Source: an uncultured delta proteobacterium
Lineage (GTDB): Bacteria > Desulfobacterota > WTBG01 > CAIYCZ01
Assembly: GCA_963803975.1 (NCBI GenBank)
Contig: CAWDOY010000003.1
Coordinates: forward strand, 32,001 to 96,000
DNA length: 64,000 bases
Direction: 5' to 3'
Shown here: positions 10,062-20,351 of the stretch, in pieces
Layout: each line of letters opens with the position of its first letter
Numbering within the stretch: the first letter of the stretch is position 1
Notes under the pieces: model-generated
What the model saw: only the letters and a program-made list of their open reading frames with translations
Told to the model about the DNA's origin: nothing
The model's database searches: none
Position numbers and translations under genes: made by a program

Positions 10062-12161
10062 TTAACAGGCATAACGTCGCCAGAGAATGACCCAAAAACC
10101 GATACAAAAAATCAGCAACGGCTCCATGACGACACACGACCAGAACACCAGACGGCCTTCTGCCTCTGTTAAAGAATGCAGCGGGGCACGTTGATAACCT
10201 TGAGGAACAGGTCGGGCACTAATAACTGCTTTTTCTTCAGCAAGCCAGTTAGTGATGCTCAGAATAAAATCTTTATTCCCAAGAATATTCACGTATTCAT
10301 TTGCGGCAAAACGCGAGTTGCCTAATACCACCATGCGCCCTTCCTGAGTCGTATTTTTTTTGTCTGGAACCTTCTTTACCATGACCCCAACCTGAACCGG
10401 ACCGCGCAGATCTATTCCGTCCTGGTACTGTGCGGTTTTATTATAAGCACTCGCAAAATCCCGTTCTGCCCAAGAACCCCTGCCTGACTGCCCCAGAATT
10501 TCCCAGGAAAACCCGGCTGCAGGATGCGTTCCCACCTGTACAGAACAAGCGTGAGGAAATAATACGGCAGCGCGGAGATCACTTGAGATAGGATGCTCGC
10601 GGTTGATATGAATTATCGGCGTGAGTTCGTCCATATCCGGGAGCCGGTTGTCCGTATCAACGACAATATCATAGCCGATTTCCACATTATAGCGCTCCAG
10701 AAATGCCTTCAGATGAGGCAAGGGAACAGGATCAATAAGCAATAGAACCCGCCCGCCCTGTTCAAAATAGTTCCCTAAAGCAGCCAGCGCTGCAGCAGAA
10801 AAATCATGCTCTGGCCCCGCTATTATTATGATGCGGGTGCTTGCAGAAATCCCCTGTATTCCATCAAACACTCCCTGCGTAACGGTGAAATTATCAGACT
10901 GAAGTGCCGACGCAACATCTGAAAATCCATCTTTCCCTGTGCTCGCAAGGTCTTTCTCACCATGCCCCGTGGTAAACCAGGCACCCTTATCCTGTCCCCG
11001 GGTAAGAAAGTAAATTGTTTTCAGCAACTCTTCCTCGCTGAGCGATGCAACATACTCTCGATGCCCCTGATATTCAACCATGCCCGCCTTTTCATTGGTT
11101 CCCTTCAATGCCGCTGCTTTAGCAGAATTTTTATCCACATCTATGTAGGTATGGGAAAGATGGGGGCAGTTGGCCCTCATGCGTTCCAGGAGGTCTTCTA
11201 TCGCCCTGCGCTGTTCCTTCTTGCCGAATACTGAAATGTTCACGGGATCCCGGACAGACGCCAGTACTTCAAGGGCTTGCTCAGACAGGGTGAACCGTTT
11301 ATCCGGGGTAAGGTCAAACTGCTTATGGTACGCATTGCCCTGCACATTAATCGTAATAAGGGCAGCAATAATAATGACGATACTTCCTAAACGACCCAGT
11401 GTCTTCAGCCCGGCATTCTTTAACGATACCCCCTGCCACATCCGGGATTGCAGGGATATGAGGGTCAGAAGCAGGCAGGCACAGCTTACGGTAATAAAAT
11501 ACATAAGGTTCCTGGTATCAATAACTCCCACGGTAAAGTTGAAAAAATGCCTGAACAGGGATATATTCTGCAGTATCCGGGTACCATATTCACCCGCACT
11601 ACCTTCATTGTGATCAATAAACCAGAACACTATCAACAGCCCTACCGTTGCTATTGCCGCAACAATTTGATTTTCTGTTAATGACGAGATTAAAATGCCA
11701 CAGGCAAGAAAGCATGCGCCCAGCAGGAACAGGCCTGCGTAGCCGGTAAGTAGTATGGGTACATCCAGGAAGTGTATGCGTGCAAACAGCAGCGGGTACA
11801 GAGCGGTGAGAAGCAACATCAGGGCCAGCACCAGGAGACTTGCCAGGTACTTGCCGAACAGAATATCAGCATCCCTGAGCGGACAGGTAAAGAGGAGTTC
11901 TATGGTGCCCAGCTTTTTTTCTTCAGCAAAGAGCCGCATGGTAACCAGGGGGAGCAGGAGCAGCAGCATATAGCTGATGTCATTGAACATATATTCCCAG
12001 AGGTCAATGCTCACCCCGCTACCGGCAAACAGAACGTACATGACGAGGTTAGTGTAGAAAAAGTAGCCGGAAATAATCAGGAATACCGCTAATACGACAT
12101 AAATAATAAAAGAGGTGAAATAGCTATTCAGCTCTCGCTTAACTATGGACAGTACCGTCAT
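10062..12161 (-). CDS. Fused ABC-2 permease (GldF-like) and GldG/ABC_transp_aux domain protein
   Basis: N-terminal KRELNSYF, TMRLFAEEKKLGTIELL and GKYLA. C-terminal DLTPDKRFTLS, FTTGHGEK, GRMVVLGNS and GNKDF, then a final TM helix. One continuous 699-aa ORF. Confidence 0.85.
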   Translation of the reverse strand: MTVLSIVKRELNSYFTSFIIYVVLAVFLIISGYFFYTNLVMYVLFAGSGVSIDLWEYMFNDISYMLLLLLPLVTMRLFAEEKKLGTIELLFTCPLRDADILFGKYLASLLVLALMLLLTALYPLLFARIHFLDVPILLTGYAGLFLLGACFLACGILISSLTENQIVAAIATVGLLIVFWFIDHNEGSAGEYGTRILQNISLFRHFFNFTVGVIDTRNLMYFITVSCACLLLTLISLQSRMWQGVSLKNAGLKTLGRLGSIVIIIAALITINVQGNAYHKQFDLTPDKRFTLSEQALEVLASVRDPVNISVFGKKEQRRAIEDLLERMRANCPHLSHTYIDVDKNSAKAAALKGTNEKAGMVEYQGHREYVASLSEEELLKTIYFLTRGQDKGAWFTTGHGEKDLASTGKDGFSDVASALQSDNFTVTQGVFDGIQGISASTRIIIIAGPEHDFSAAALAALGNYFEQGGRVLLLIDPVPLPHLKAFLERYNVEIGYDIVVDTDNRLPDMDELTPIIHINREHPISSDLRAAVLFPHACSVQVGTHPAAGFSWEILGQSGRGSWAERDFASAYNKTAQYQDGIDLRGPVQVGVMVKKVPDKKNTTQEGRMVVLGNSRFAANEYVNILGNKDFILSITNWLAEEKAVISARPVPQGYQRAPLHSLTEAEGRLVFWSCVVMEPLLIFCIGFWVILWRRYAC

Positions 12162-12249
12162 TCGCTCAAGCCTGCTTCCCTATGCCGGTCATTCTTGAAT
12201 AGTGTTATCGCTTTACAATAATTATTCCCTTGAATTCAGCTGCCGGCGA
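12125..12249. repeat. Direct repeat of about 125 bp, copy 1 (copy 2 at 31978-32103)
   Basis: About 10 differences by hand alignment. Spans the cupredoxin-like gene 3' end, the spacer and the GldF-like 5' end. Confidence 0.92.
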
Positions 12250-12313
12250 CAGTCCTGATGGACCGGCGCCGACCACTACCACAGCATATTGTTCTTGCCT
12301 GAATTTTTTGCAT
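12205..12313 (-). pseudogene. Chimeric remnant: flavoprotein N-terminus fused to cupredoxin-like C-terminus
   Basis: Reads (MQK)...QEQYAVVVVGAGPSGLS-PAAEFKGIIIVKR*. A Rossmann GAGPSG motif is joined to a tail matching SPEAEFKGKIIVEQ* of 32059..32521. Confidence 0.65.
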
Positions 12314-12485
12314 TTCGGCTTTTGATTCCCTCTATAACATTGCATTCTCAAGGCAGCTATTGTATGTTAATTTTTATAATTATGGCAAGAAATTTCATAA
12401 CCGAGCCACAGAATCCACAGAGCACTTCTCTGTGATTTGAAAATAAATTTCGTTCTGCGGTTTAATCTTAGTCATGGAGGGGACC

Positions 12486-13862
12486 ATGCACAGCACCCTG
12501 GGAACCTATCTTAAAGAAATCAATAAAACTATAGTGCGAATTAAAAAACAGGTGGACCCCATAACACAGGTGGGTGACTTGTGCTCTCAGAGCGAAAAGA
12601 CTATCCTGTTTGAAAACATCAAGGGGTTCCCGGGATGGAAAATTTGCGACCTTCTGGTAAAGGACAGGAAAAGGCAAGCAATTGCTCTGAAAACAACTCC
12701 GGAACATGTGGTGCAGAACCTGGCAGCAAAAATTAATAAAGGACCGGGGAAGACAGCAGTTGTTGCTAAAGGTCCGGTAAAAGAAAAAATTCTAACCGGA
12801 AAACAGGCTCGTTTCAACAAAATACCATTTTGCGTGCACAGCCCCGGGGATGGAGGTCCTTATATCGGCTCAGGAATGTGTACCGTGCGCGACCCCGATA
12901 CCGGCCTGCAGAATGTTGCTATCCATAGAATCCAAATAAAAGGTCCTGATTGTGCCGCTGTGTCGCTTTTTTCTCCACACAGCAAGGCAATTTTACAAAA
13001 ATATGCCGAAAGGAAAAAGCCCGCGGCCATGGCAGTTGTTATCGGCCATCATCCCTGCTTTGAAATTGCCACTAACTATTTCGGCCCCCATGATACCTGG
13101 AGCGAGTTTGAGCTTGCGGCACGATTACTGGAAGAGGAAGTCGAAATGGTTCGCTGCGAAAATTCTGACATCCTCGTGCCGGCACATGCAGAGATCGTTC
13201 TGGAGTGTGAGATTAAACCGGGTGTGACAGAGATAGAGGGGCCGTTTGCCGAGTTCCATAATTATTATGCGTCAGAACCTGCACCCAAGCCGCGCCTTGA
13301 CTTGAAAACTATAACTATGAGAAAAGATGCCATCTACCGGCATCTGAACGCAACACCGTACACTGATCATCAGCCCCTGGCAGTGCTTCCCAGCGAGGCA
13401 CGGCTCTTTGATCAGCTTACGCGCAGGGGATTTAATATCCATGATGTGTTTATACCACCCTGGGGCGGACTTTTTATTGTCATTATCCAGATGACCGGGG
13501 CTATTGAAGAACAGGTCCGGGAGGCACTCCTCATGGCGCTGTTTAGCCCGGTATTGCTGTTCAGCAAGATTGCCATCGCTGTCGACGATGACATTGATAT
13601 ATATGATGCACAGGATATTATGTATGCGCTGGCAACCAGGGTAAATCCTGATAAAGACATCATACAGATACACGGTACCCAGGGCATACCCTACGATCTG
13701 TCGCTTCCTGAAATACCTGAAGCGCTGCCACTGCGCAGAGGAGGAAAACTTGCCATTGATGCAACCAAGCCGCCGACGGCAAAGAAAAAAATGCGGGACA
13801 AATTCAAGCGAGTGAGCCCCAGGGGGTGGGGGAACGTTTTGTTGAAGGATTTTATAGAATAG
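12486..13862 (+). CDS. UbiD-family prFMN-dependent (de)carboxylase
   Basis: DGGPYI, NVAIHRIQ, PAHAEIVLE, EGPFAEF, VDDDIDI and KLAIDAT motifs; GGAGGGG RBS before ATG 12486. Confidence 0.92.
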   Translation: MHSTLGTYLKEINKTIVRIKKQVDPITQVGDLCSQSEKTILFENIKGFPGWKICDLLVKDRKRQAIALKTTPEHVVQNLAAKINKGPGKTAVVAKGPVKEKILTGKQARFNKIPFCVHSPGDGGPYIGSGMCTVRDPDTGLQNVAIHRIQIKGPDCAAVSLFSPHSKAILQKYAERKKPAAMAVVIGHHPCFEIATNYFGPHDTWSEFELAARLLEEEVEMVRCENSDILVPAHAEIVLECEIKPGVTEIEGPFAEFHNYYASEPAPKPRLDLKTITMRKDAIYRHLNATPYTDHQPLAVLPSEARLFDQLTRRGFNIHDVFIPPWGGLFIVIIQMTGAIEEQVREALLMALFSPVLLFSKIAIAVDDDIDIYDAQDIMYALATRVNPDKDIIQIHGTQGIPYDLSLPEIPEALPLRRGGKLAIDATKPPTAKKKMRDKFKRVSPRGWGNVLLKDFIE

Positions 13863-13906
13863 AATACAGAAGTCTGAATTCAGAATAAAATCTTCTGACT
13901 ACTGCC

Positions 13907-15751
13907 TCAGACACTAGCTGCTAAATCCAATTCCTCAAGTTTTGCCTTTGTGGGGACACCCGTTTTTATGTCCCACCCCCGTGCCTGGTAATAATCATCT
14001 AACAGCCGGTCCATCTCAAATATCTGGCCCTTGCTCGCCCCATCCGGCACCGGCTCTTTTATAAACCGTTCAGGCAGATAATCATCCTTTCGCTGCAACC
14101 CTTCACGCATATTAAATAACCGCTCAAGATTATAAATGCGCTCCCCGGCTTTTATGAGATACGTAACATCGCCAAATTCCTCAATGCCGGTAGCTGCCAC
14201 CAGCAGTTGCGCGTAGATTTCAGGGCTTATCCAGCCGAAGCAGGCGGGGAATCCGCACACAATAAGAGAATCATAGGTTGCCGTCTTGTCCTGGTTCTGC
14301 CTGGTGAGAGCACCTTTTCCCTCCACGACGAAACGATCGACCTGCTCGGGAATCCCGAACAATTCCTGCATGCCATACCCTGTCATGTGGCTGGCGCCGA
14401 TAGTTGACGTGGCAATATTTAAGCCATGTGCCTTTGCCCCTCGTGGCTCATAGGCAGGTATTTCCAGGCCTTTAACATGCATTGCGTACTTCTCCGCCCC
14501 GCGGCCGATCTTTTCCGCAGCCCTTCTTGTGCCCAGTGCCAGCACGTCGCCGATCCCTTCCCGTTTCACTATTTTCTTAAGCAGCTGATAAGCTGCCTGG
14601 TGATTCCCCCAGGTGAGTTCTATCCCATCAAGATCATTTTGGGAAAGTATTTTCTTCTCATACAGCTCCATGGCAAATGATAGCGTAACACCCGCAGCTA
14701 TAGTATCGATACCATAGTCATCACAGAGCTTGTTCGCAGCAACGACGAAACCAAGGTCCGTGCTCCCGATATTGGCGCCGAAACACCACATGGTCTCGTA
14801 TTCCGGTCCTTCAACAGCATCTCCTTTGTACTTGCCTTCTTTTACCTGCAAAATACTGCCGCAGTGTATGAAACAGCGGGCACATGCCATATCTTTTATA
14901 AATATCTGATCCATCTTGTCGGTCGTGAGCCCGGTAAAATCATCCAGATGCCCTGATTGAAAGTTCCTGACCGGATGCATGCCGATTTCATGCATCAGCG
15001 CAGTTATGCCTGATGAACCATGATGGCTGAATCCTCCGTATACCGGATGCTGCCTGGCCGCTGCAACCATGTCCCGGGTAACGGTATTAAGCCGCTGCCT
15101 GTCTGCAACGGCAACTTCGCTTGTTCCCCGCACGGCGATCGCCTTGATGTTCTTGGAACCCATGACCGTGCCCACGCCGCCTCTGCTCGCGCTCCTGCGC
15201 AGGTTCATGATTGCCGCGAACAGCGTGCCGTTCTCTCCTGCGGGCCCGATACACGCCACCTGGATTTTTTCATCCCCTAATTCTTTGATGATCATATCCT
15301 GAACTGTTCCGGTATCAATCCCCGTTCCCCAGAGGTGAGATGCATCTTTAAATTCAACGGTATCATTATTAATAAAAATAGTTGTTGGCCTCGGGGCTTT
15401 CCCTTCAATAATGACAAGATCAAAGCCGGTGTTTTTAAGCTCCTGCCCGAAAGCGCCGCCTCCTGTTGAGCGTATAAAAGCGCCGCTGAGCGGTGATTTG
15501 GTCACAACCATCCAGCGCGAGCTTGACTGGGCCCCTGTCGCGGTTAACGGGCCGGTTACAAAGTAAAGCTTATTATCGGGCCCGAGAGGGTCAGTGCCCG
15601 GCTTAAGTTCATCAAACAGATACTTTGCCCCCAGGCCTCTGCCGCCAAGAAACAGCTTTGCATCTTTATCGCTCAGCACCTCTTTCGATATCCGGCTGGT
15701 TGTTACATTTATCCTGAGCACATTACCTGCATAACCATATTTCAATGCCAT
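13907..15751 (-). CDS. aor: Aldehyde:ferredoxin oxidoreductase (W/Mo-pterin AOR family)
   Basis: GGRGLG, KSPLSG, RGGVGTVMGSKNIKAI, CARCFIHC, GPEYET and DDYGIDTI motifs; ATG 15751 with GAGG RBS. Confidence 0.93.
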   Translation of the reverse strand: MALKYGYAGNVLRINVTTSRISKEVLSDKDAKLFLGGRGLGAKYLFDELKPGTDPLGPDNKLYFVTGPLTATGAQSSSRWMVVTKSPLSGAFIRSTGGGAFGQELKNTGFDLVIIEGKAPRPTTIFINNDTVEFKDASHLWGTGIDTGTVQDMIIKELGDEKIQVACIGPAGENGTLFAAIMNLRRSASRGGVGTVMGSKNIKAIAVRGTSEVAVADRQRLNTVTRDMVAAARQHPVYGGFSHHGSSGITALMHEIGMHPVRNFQSGHLDDFTGLTTDKMDQIFIKDMACARCFIHCGSILQVKEGKYKGDAVEGPEYETMWCFGANIGSTDLGFVVAANKLCDDYGIDTIAAGVTLSFAMELYEKKILSQNDLDGIELTWGNHQAAYQLLKKIVKREGIGDVLALGTRRAAEKIGRGAEKYAMHVKGLEIPAYEPRGAKAHGLNIATSTIGASHMTGYGMQELFGIPEQVDRFVVEGKGALTRQNQDKTATYDSLIVCGFPACFGWISPEIYAQLLVAATGIEEFGDVTYLIKAGERIYNLERLFNMREGLQRKDDYLPERFIKEPVPDGASKGQIFEMDRLLDDYYQARGWDIKTGVPTKAKLEELDLAASV

Positions 15752-15776
15752 TATAACCTCTCCCAAGTTTCTGTTA

Positions 15777-17403
15777 TTACAAAATTCCCTTCTCTTTTGC
15801 CCGGGCAACACACTCAGGATCTTTCCACCATTTATTAATTCCCAGATCCTGGGCAATGGTATTAGCTGCAAGATACCCCGGGCCCCAGATCACGCAACCA
15901 CCAGGGTATACTGAAGAACCACCGACGTAGAGCTTTTTTACCGGAGTCTTATTGCGCGAGCAATCTTCGTTTGGCCTGAGGAAGCCCATCTGGAAGGGGA
16001 TGTAGGCTCCCTGTTTATATGAGCCCTCACGCATATCAGGAAATTTATTCTGCATATCAAGCGGGGTGCTGATATAGCTTTGGAGGACTTTATCCGCGGT
16101 GATATTTGGAGCATACTGCCTTAACACTGCAATAGCACTGTTCAGCAAGCTCCTGCTTGAATTTGAGGTTATACCACTTCTCCGGGCCCTCTTTGAGGTT
16201 ATACGGAGCCATCATGGAAAGCTGGCTTGAACACCTTCCCGGTGGCGCAAGCAGTGGATCGTGGACACTGGGGAAACAGGCATTAAAGCCAATGGTATCA
16301 CCCATCTCTGCGTTATACAGGGCATCAAAGTGCTTCACCAGCTCTTCCATGGTCTCATAGCCAAGCACATACACACAGGCCTTATTGATGTCGGGATTTT
16401 TTTCTGCCGCTTTAAAATTCGGCGGCTCGGATAATGCGCTGTGGACACCAAACAAGCTGTAGCTTTCCCACTTCCATTTCTGAATTTTACTGGCAAATGC
16501 TTCAGTTATGCCGCCCTTGTCCATCAGGTCAATAAATGTTTGAATGGGGTCAATGGTGCTCAGAACTGCCTGTGAGGCCTCATAAAAAATCCCGTTTTCC
16601 ATCTCCACGCCCTTTGCCTCACCATTTTGCACAACAATTTTCTTAATCATCTGGTTGTTTTTAACCAGGCCATGATTTTCATGGATTACTTTGTTGAGCG
16701 CCTGTGCAACCATATGGGAGCCGCCTCTGACCAGTTGATAATTATGGGCGCGATTCAGGTACAGCAGCACTAAATAACCGAGGTTAACCAAGTCGTACTT
16801 TACCCCCCAGTGGCAGGCAATATAAAGGAGAAGGGCGCGAATATGTTCATTTTCAAACGCATCTTTTATAATATCAATTGGCTTGCGCTCACTGTAAGAC
16901 ATCATCGTTTTGCCTATCTCAATCTTCTGCATGTGCACAATGGCGTCCAATGCTCCTACGGGAGGGATATAGGTGGCCGGGCCAATATAGTCATCAACAC
17001 AGCGCTTGGCCGTGTGATAAAATTCACGGTACGCATCCGCATCCTTTTGGGAAAATTGCGCAAATGATTTGCATGTTCGGTCTATGTCCTTATAGATGCA
17101 TACGCAGCGTCCATCTGAGAGCGGCATGGCAAATTGAAGATCGGGATACAGGTGGTGCACCTTGTAGTCTTCCTCAAGCCGGAAATCAGGATACACCGGA
17201 GCAAAATCCACCATCATCATATACACGGCATGAGTGCTGTGCAAAAAACCTGGAAGGGTTGACTCTTCTGTCCAGAGTCCTCCGCCGCATTCGTATCTGC
17301 GCTCAAGAACCAGAACCTTCAGCCCCGCCTTGCTGAGATATGCTCCCGCCTCAAGACCGTTGGGCCCAGCCCCAATTATGATAATATCATACTTGGTATC
17401 CAT
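15777..17403 (-). CDS. COG1233 phytoene-dehydrogenase-like FAD oxidoreductase, copy B (frameshift near 16140)
   Basis: IIIGAGPNGL, ERRYECGGG and PGFLH motifs. C-terminus TPVKKLYVGGSSVYPGG...GPGYLAA lies in ORF 15777..16148. Confidence 0.88.
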
Positions 17404-17486
17404 GGTATCTCCTTCTTACGCAGTTTATGGCCGCGACCATTACGTCGTGACATAAGCCCCTGCTATGCTCTGGTATCATTCAATGT

Positions 17487-19128
17487 TTAAAAGGGGTAGC
17501 CGTTCTTTTCCCAATGCTTTTCCAGATTATGCTCCTCGGCGATAACCTTAAAGCAGTTGTATGCCTGGGCATCCATTGCTCCTGCGCTGAAACCCCACGC
17601 AACACCGGTACAATAAAGGTTCTTTATGGGCGTTTTATACCGGGCCAGTTCCGGAACCGGTCGAAATTTTCCCGTTTGGCCAGGAATAACATCAATCACA
17701 CCCCAGTTCCCCTGGGGGCCCATATTTTTCAGACGCAGGCAGTCATACGGGGTGAGCGGGTCATAGCCGATGATGTTATCCCAATTCATATTAGGTGCAT
17801 ACTCCTGCCAGTATTTTAAAACATCTTCAGCGTTTTTCTTCTTATAATCCAGCCATTCCCGCTCCGACATCTGGTTGGCAGCAAGGACAAACTGCTCAGA
17901 CCCGGCAATATGCTTTCCCTTCGGCGCCTGGGTTGGATCGTCCTGGCTGAGGCACCATACCAGCAGTGCCGAATCAGAGGTATTTGCGGGCGGCATCTTG
18001 CCCAAAACCCGCCAGGCATTTTCCCGGACGAGTACTTCAGGGTCTTTTATACTCAGACGCCAGAAGACCGGTCCGGTGAATATCCTGTTGAAATGCCTCG
18101 GCAAGGTAGCGGGGCCGCTCATGGATGGCCCAATGGTACCAGGTAATACAAATTAATTTGCGGGAAAGGTGTTTCACCCTGCGGATTGTCCTCGGTTCAA
18201 AATATTCTTCTCCGGTTAATTGCAAACAGAGCTGTTCGGGCGACAGCGTGCTCACTACCAGCTTTTTAGCCTCAATTTCAGTGCCATCAACCAGACGAAT
18301 CCCCTTGGCAACGCCATTTTCTATGAGCACTTTATCAACCTCATGCTTGGTAAAACTTTTCCCCCCGTTTTCCAGATACACCTTGTGACAGGCGTGTGCG
18401 TAGCTGTGGGTTCCACCGACGACACCGCCAAATTGTATCAGAAGGGGCAGGAGCAGAAGCTGCGAGATGCCGGTGCCTGGCATCAGGGGTGAATAGGGCA
18501 TGCCGGCATGCGAGGGCCGGAGCACTGAGGTTACCACCTCATCAGATTCAAACAGGTCTCTCAGTACCTCAAGGGCTGATTTTACTCCCCAGATGGGATC
18601 AATGCCGAGAGCAGGGTCCATCAGGGTCTTTTCCATGGTATCCGGCTCGTAATGGGGAGGAGGCGGGTTATATATCCATTTGCAGAAAGCAGGCTCTATT
18701 TTCTCCTGCCATTTTTTCCATAGCTCCAGCCAGGTATCTGCATCCTTTTGTGAGAAGCGGGCTATTGAGGCAGCGGTCTTTTCCTGACTGGGATCACAGG
18801 CCGGGTTATACCAGGCAATACATGATTGATCCTCTTTGAAAATAGTTGCCATTGCAGGATTAAACGGAAACCACTGCCCTCCCTTTTCAATAAATTCAGG
18901 GAAGTCCCGCTCAAGCACTATTTTCCAGTACTTGTCTATATTCACCGCATGGGTATTGGTGATAAATCCCGGTGCAGCGCTCTCCTCGCAGGACCATCCG
19001 CCCCCCAGCTCGTGCCGGCAATCAAAAATACCAACACTCATGCCGGCATATTTAGTCAGATACATGCCGGTAATAAGTCCTTTATTGCCTCCCCCGATAA
19101 TAATTGCGTCAAAAGATTTATCAGCCAT
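17487..19128 (-). CDS. COG1233 phytoene-dehydrogenase-like FAD oxidoreductase, copy A (frameshift near 18060)
   Basis: IIIGGGNKGL, ELGGG and APGFITNTHA motifs. C-terminus YKTPIKNLYCTG...AYNC lies in ORF 17487..18122. Confidence 0.88.
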
Positions 19129-19169
19129 ACGTGTGTTCCTTCCGTATTGATTGCTTATATGCTCTCTAT

Positions 19170-19418
19170 TTAAAAGTCATTTGTATTTCTTGGATTCCTC
19201 CAATTCTTCAAACCAAAAAGAAGAAACTTAAAAACCGGTCCCTTTAAAATCAGCTTGACCATGGTCAACAGGTCGCCATAATCCATGGCAGCCCTGACGT
19301 GCCATTGAACGGGATCAATGGTCTGGACGTGGAGGATCAAGTAATCCTGAACCATGGTAATCTTGTCCAGCTTACTCACCAGTACTGTTTCACCTAACCC
19401 TGTTGACCGCAGTTTCAT
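19170..19418 (-). CDS. Small hypothetical protein (82 aa, RSTGLG N-terminal motif)
   Basis: Clean ORF with GGGGG RBS, in operon position between the SDR and the COG1233 pair. Confidence 0.75.
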   Translation of the reverse strand: MKLRSTGLGETVLVSKLDKITMVQDYLILHVQTIDPVQWHVRAAMDYGDLLTMVKLILKGPVFKFLLFGLKNWRNPRNTNDF

Positions 19419-19520
19419 GTTTTTTACCCCCAGTCTTATTTATAGTCTATTATCGCTGTCATGCACTTCTGCGAGATAAATCAAAACTATCCAGAAGCAG
19501 TTCCCCATGGATGCTCATCC

Positions 19521-20285
19521 TTAATAGAAACAAATTCCTCCATCTACCGGCAGCGCCTGGCCGGTCATCATGTCGCTTTCATCAGACGCTAAAAAAACGA
19601 GACCACCCACCAGGTCCTCCGGCATGAGCTTGCGATGCCTGAGCTGCATCTGGTTGATCAGAGCCTCATCAGCGCCCGGGCCAAGATGACTGACGAATTT
19701 CTCCGTAGCCTCATCCCAGGTGCCGCCCGGCATAAAAACATTGGCTCTGATATTGTCAGCCGCGAGCTGCGCTGCCATCTGCCGCATCATGCCCATTTCA
19801 CCAGCCTTGGTAACGGCATAATGCATACAGGGGAGTCTCCCCACCACCCAGAAAACCGATGAAACGATAATAATATTGCCCTTTTTCTGCTCGCGCATAT
19901 ACGGTAAAACGCCCCGGGCACTGAGGAAGGGGCCCTTCAAGTTAACCGACATCACCCAGTCCCATTCTTTCAGGTCAATATTCTCGAATGGCTGTGGTTT
20001 AAGCTGTCCGTATATACCGGCATTGGCAACCAGCACATCAATTCTGCCAAAGGCTTCGCTGGTCTTTGCTGCCATCTGTTTCGTGCTCTCTTCATCTCTG
20101 ACATCAACTTTAATTCCTATCGCCTGTCCACCCTTGGCTTTAATCTCATTAACAACAGGGCCGGGATCAGTTGCATGGGAACAGACAGCTACCTTTGCAC
20201 CTTCATGTGCCAGCCCGAGGCTGAAGGTCCTGCCGAGACCCGAGGCTCCGCCAGTAACGATGCATACCTTGTCTTTTAGTCTCAT
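19521..20285 (-). CDS. Short-chain dehydrogenase/reductase (SDR)
   Basis: TGGASGLG, ANAG, YAVTK catalytic motif and VDGG; AAGGAG RBS. Confidence 0.93.
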   Translation of the reverse strand: MRLKDKVCIVTGGASGLGRTFSLGLAHEGAKVAVCSHATDPGPVVNEIKAKGGQAIGIKVDVRDEESTKQMAAKTSEAFGRIDVLVANAGIYGQLKPQPFENIDLKEWDWVMSVNLKGPFLSARGVLPYMREQKKGNIIIVSSVFWVVGRLPCMHYAVTKAGEMGMMRQMAAQLAADNIRANVFMPGGTWDEATEKFVSHLGPGADEALINQMQLRHRKLMPEDLVGGLVFLASDESDMMTGQALPVDGGICFY

Positions 20286-20351
20286 TGCTGACTCCTTTTG
20301 AAATGGGTTGATACTAAATGTGACGTCTATCTCGGGCGTTTGCCGTTACTT

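Noticed and set aside
11131..11139. DnaA box TTATCCACA / oriC
   Set aside because: Single copy inside a coding sequence.
10062..12161. Gliding motility system
   Set aside because: GldF/G-like domains are widespread and no other gld/spr or T9SS genes are present.
15777..19128. Carotenoid biosynthesis
   Set aside because: No crtB/crtE/crtY genes; the context is catabolic.
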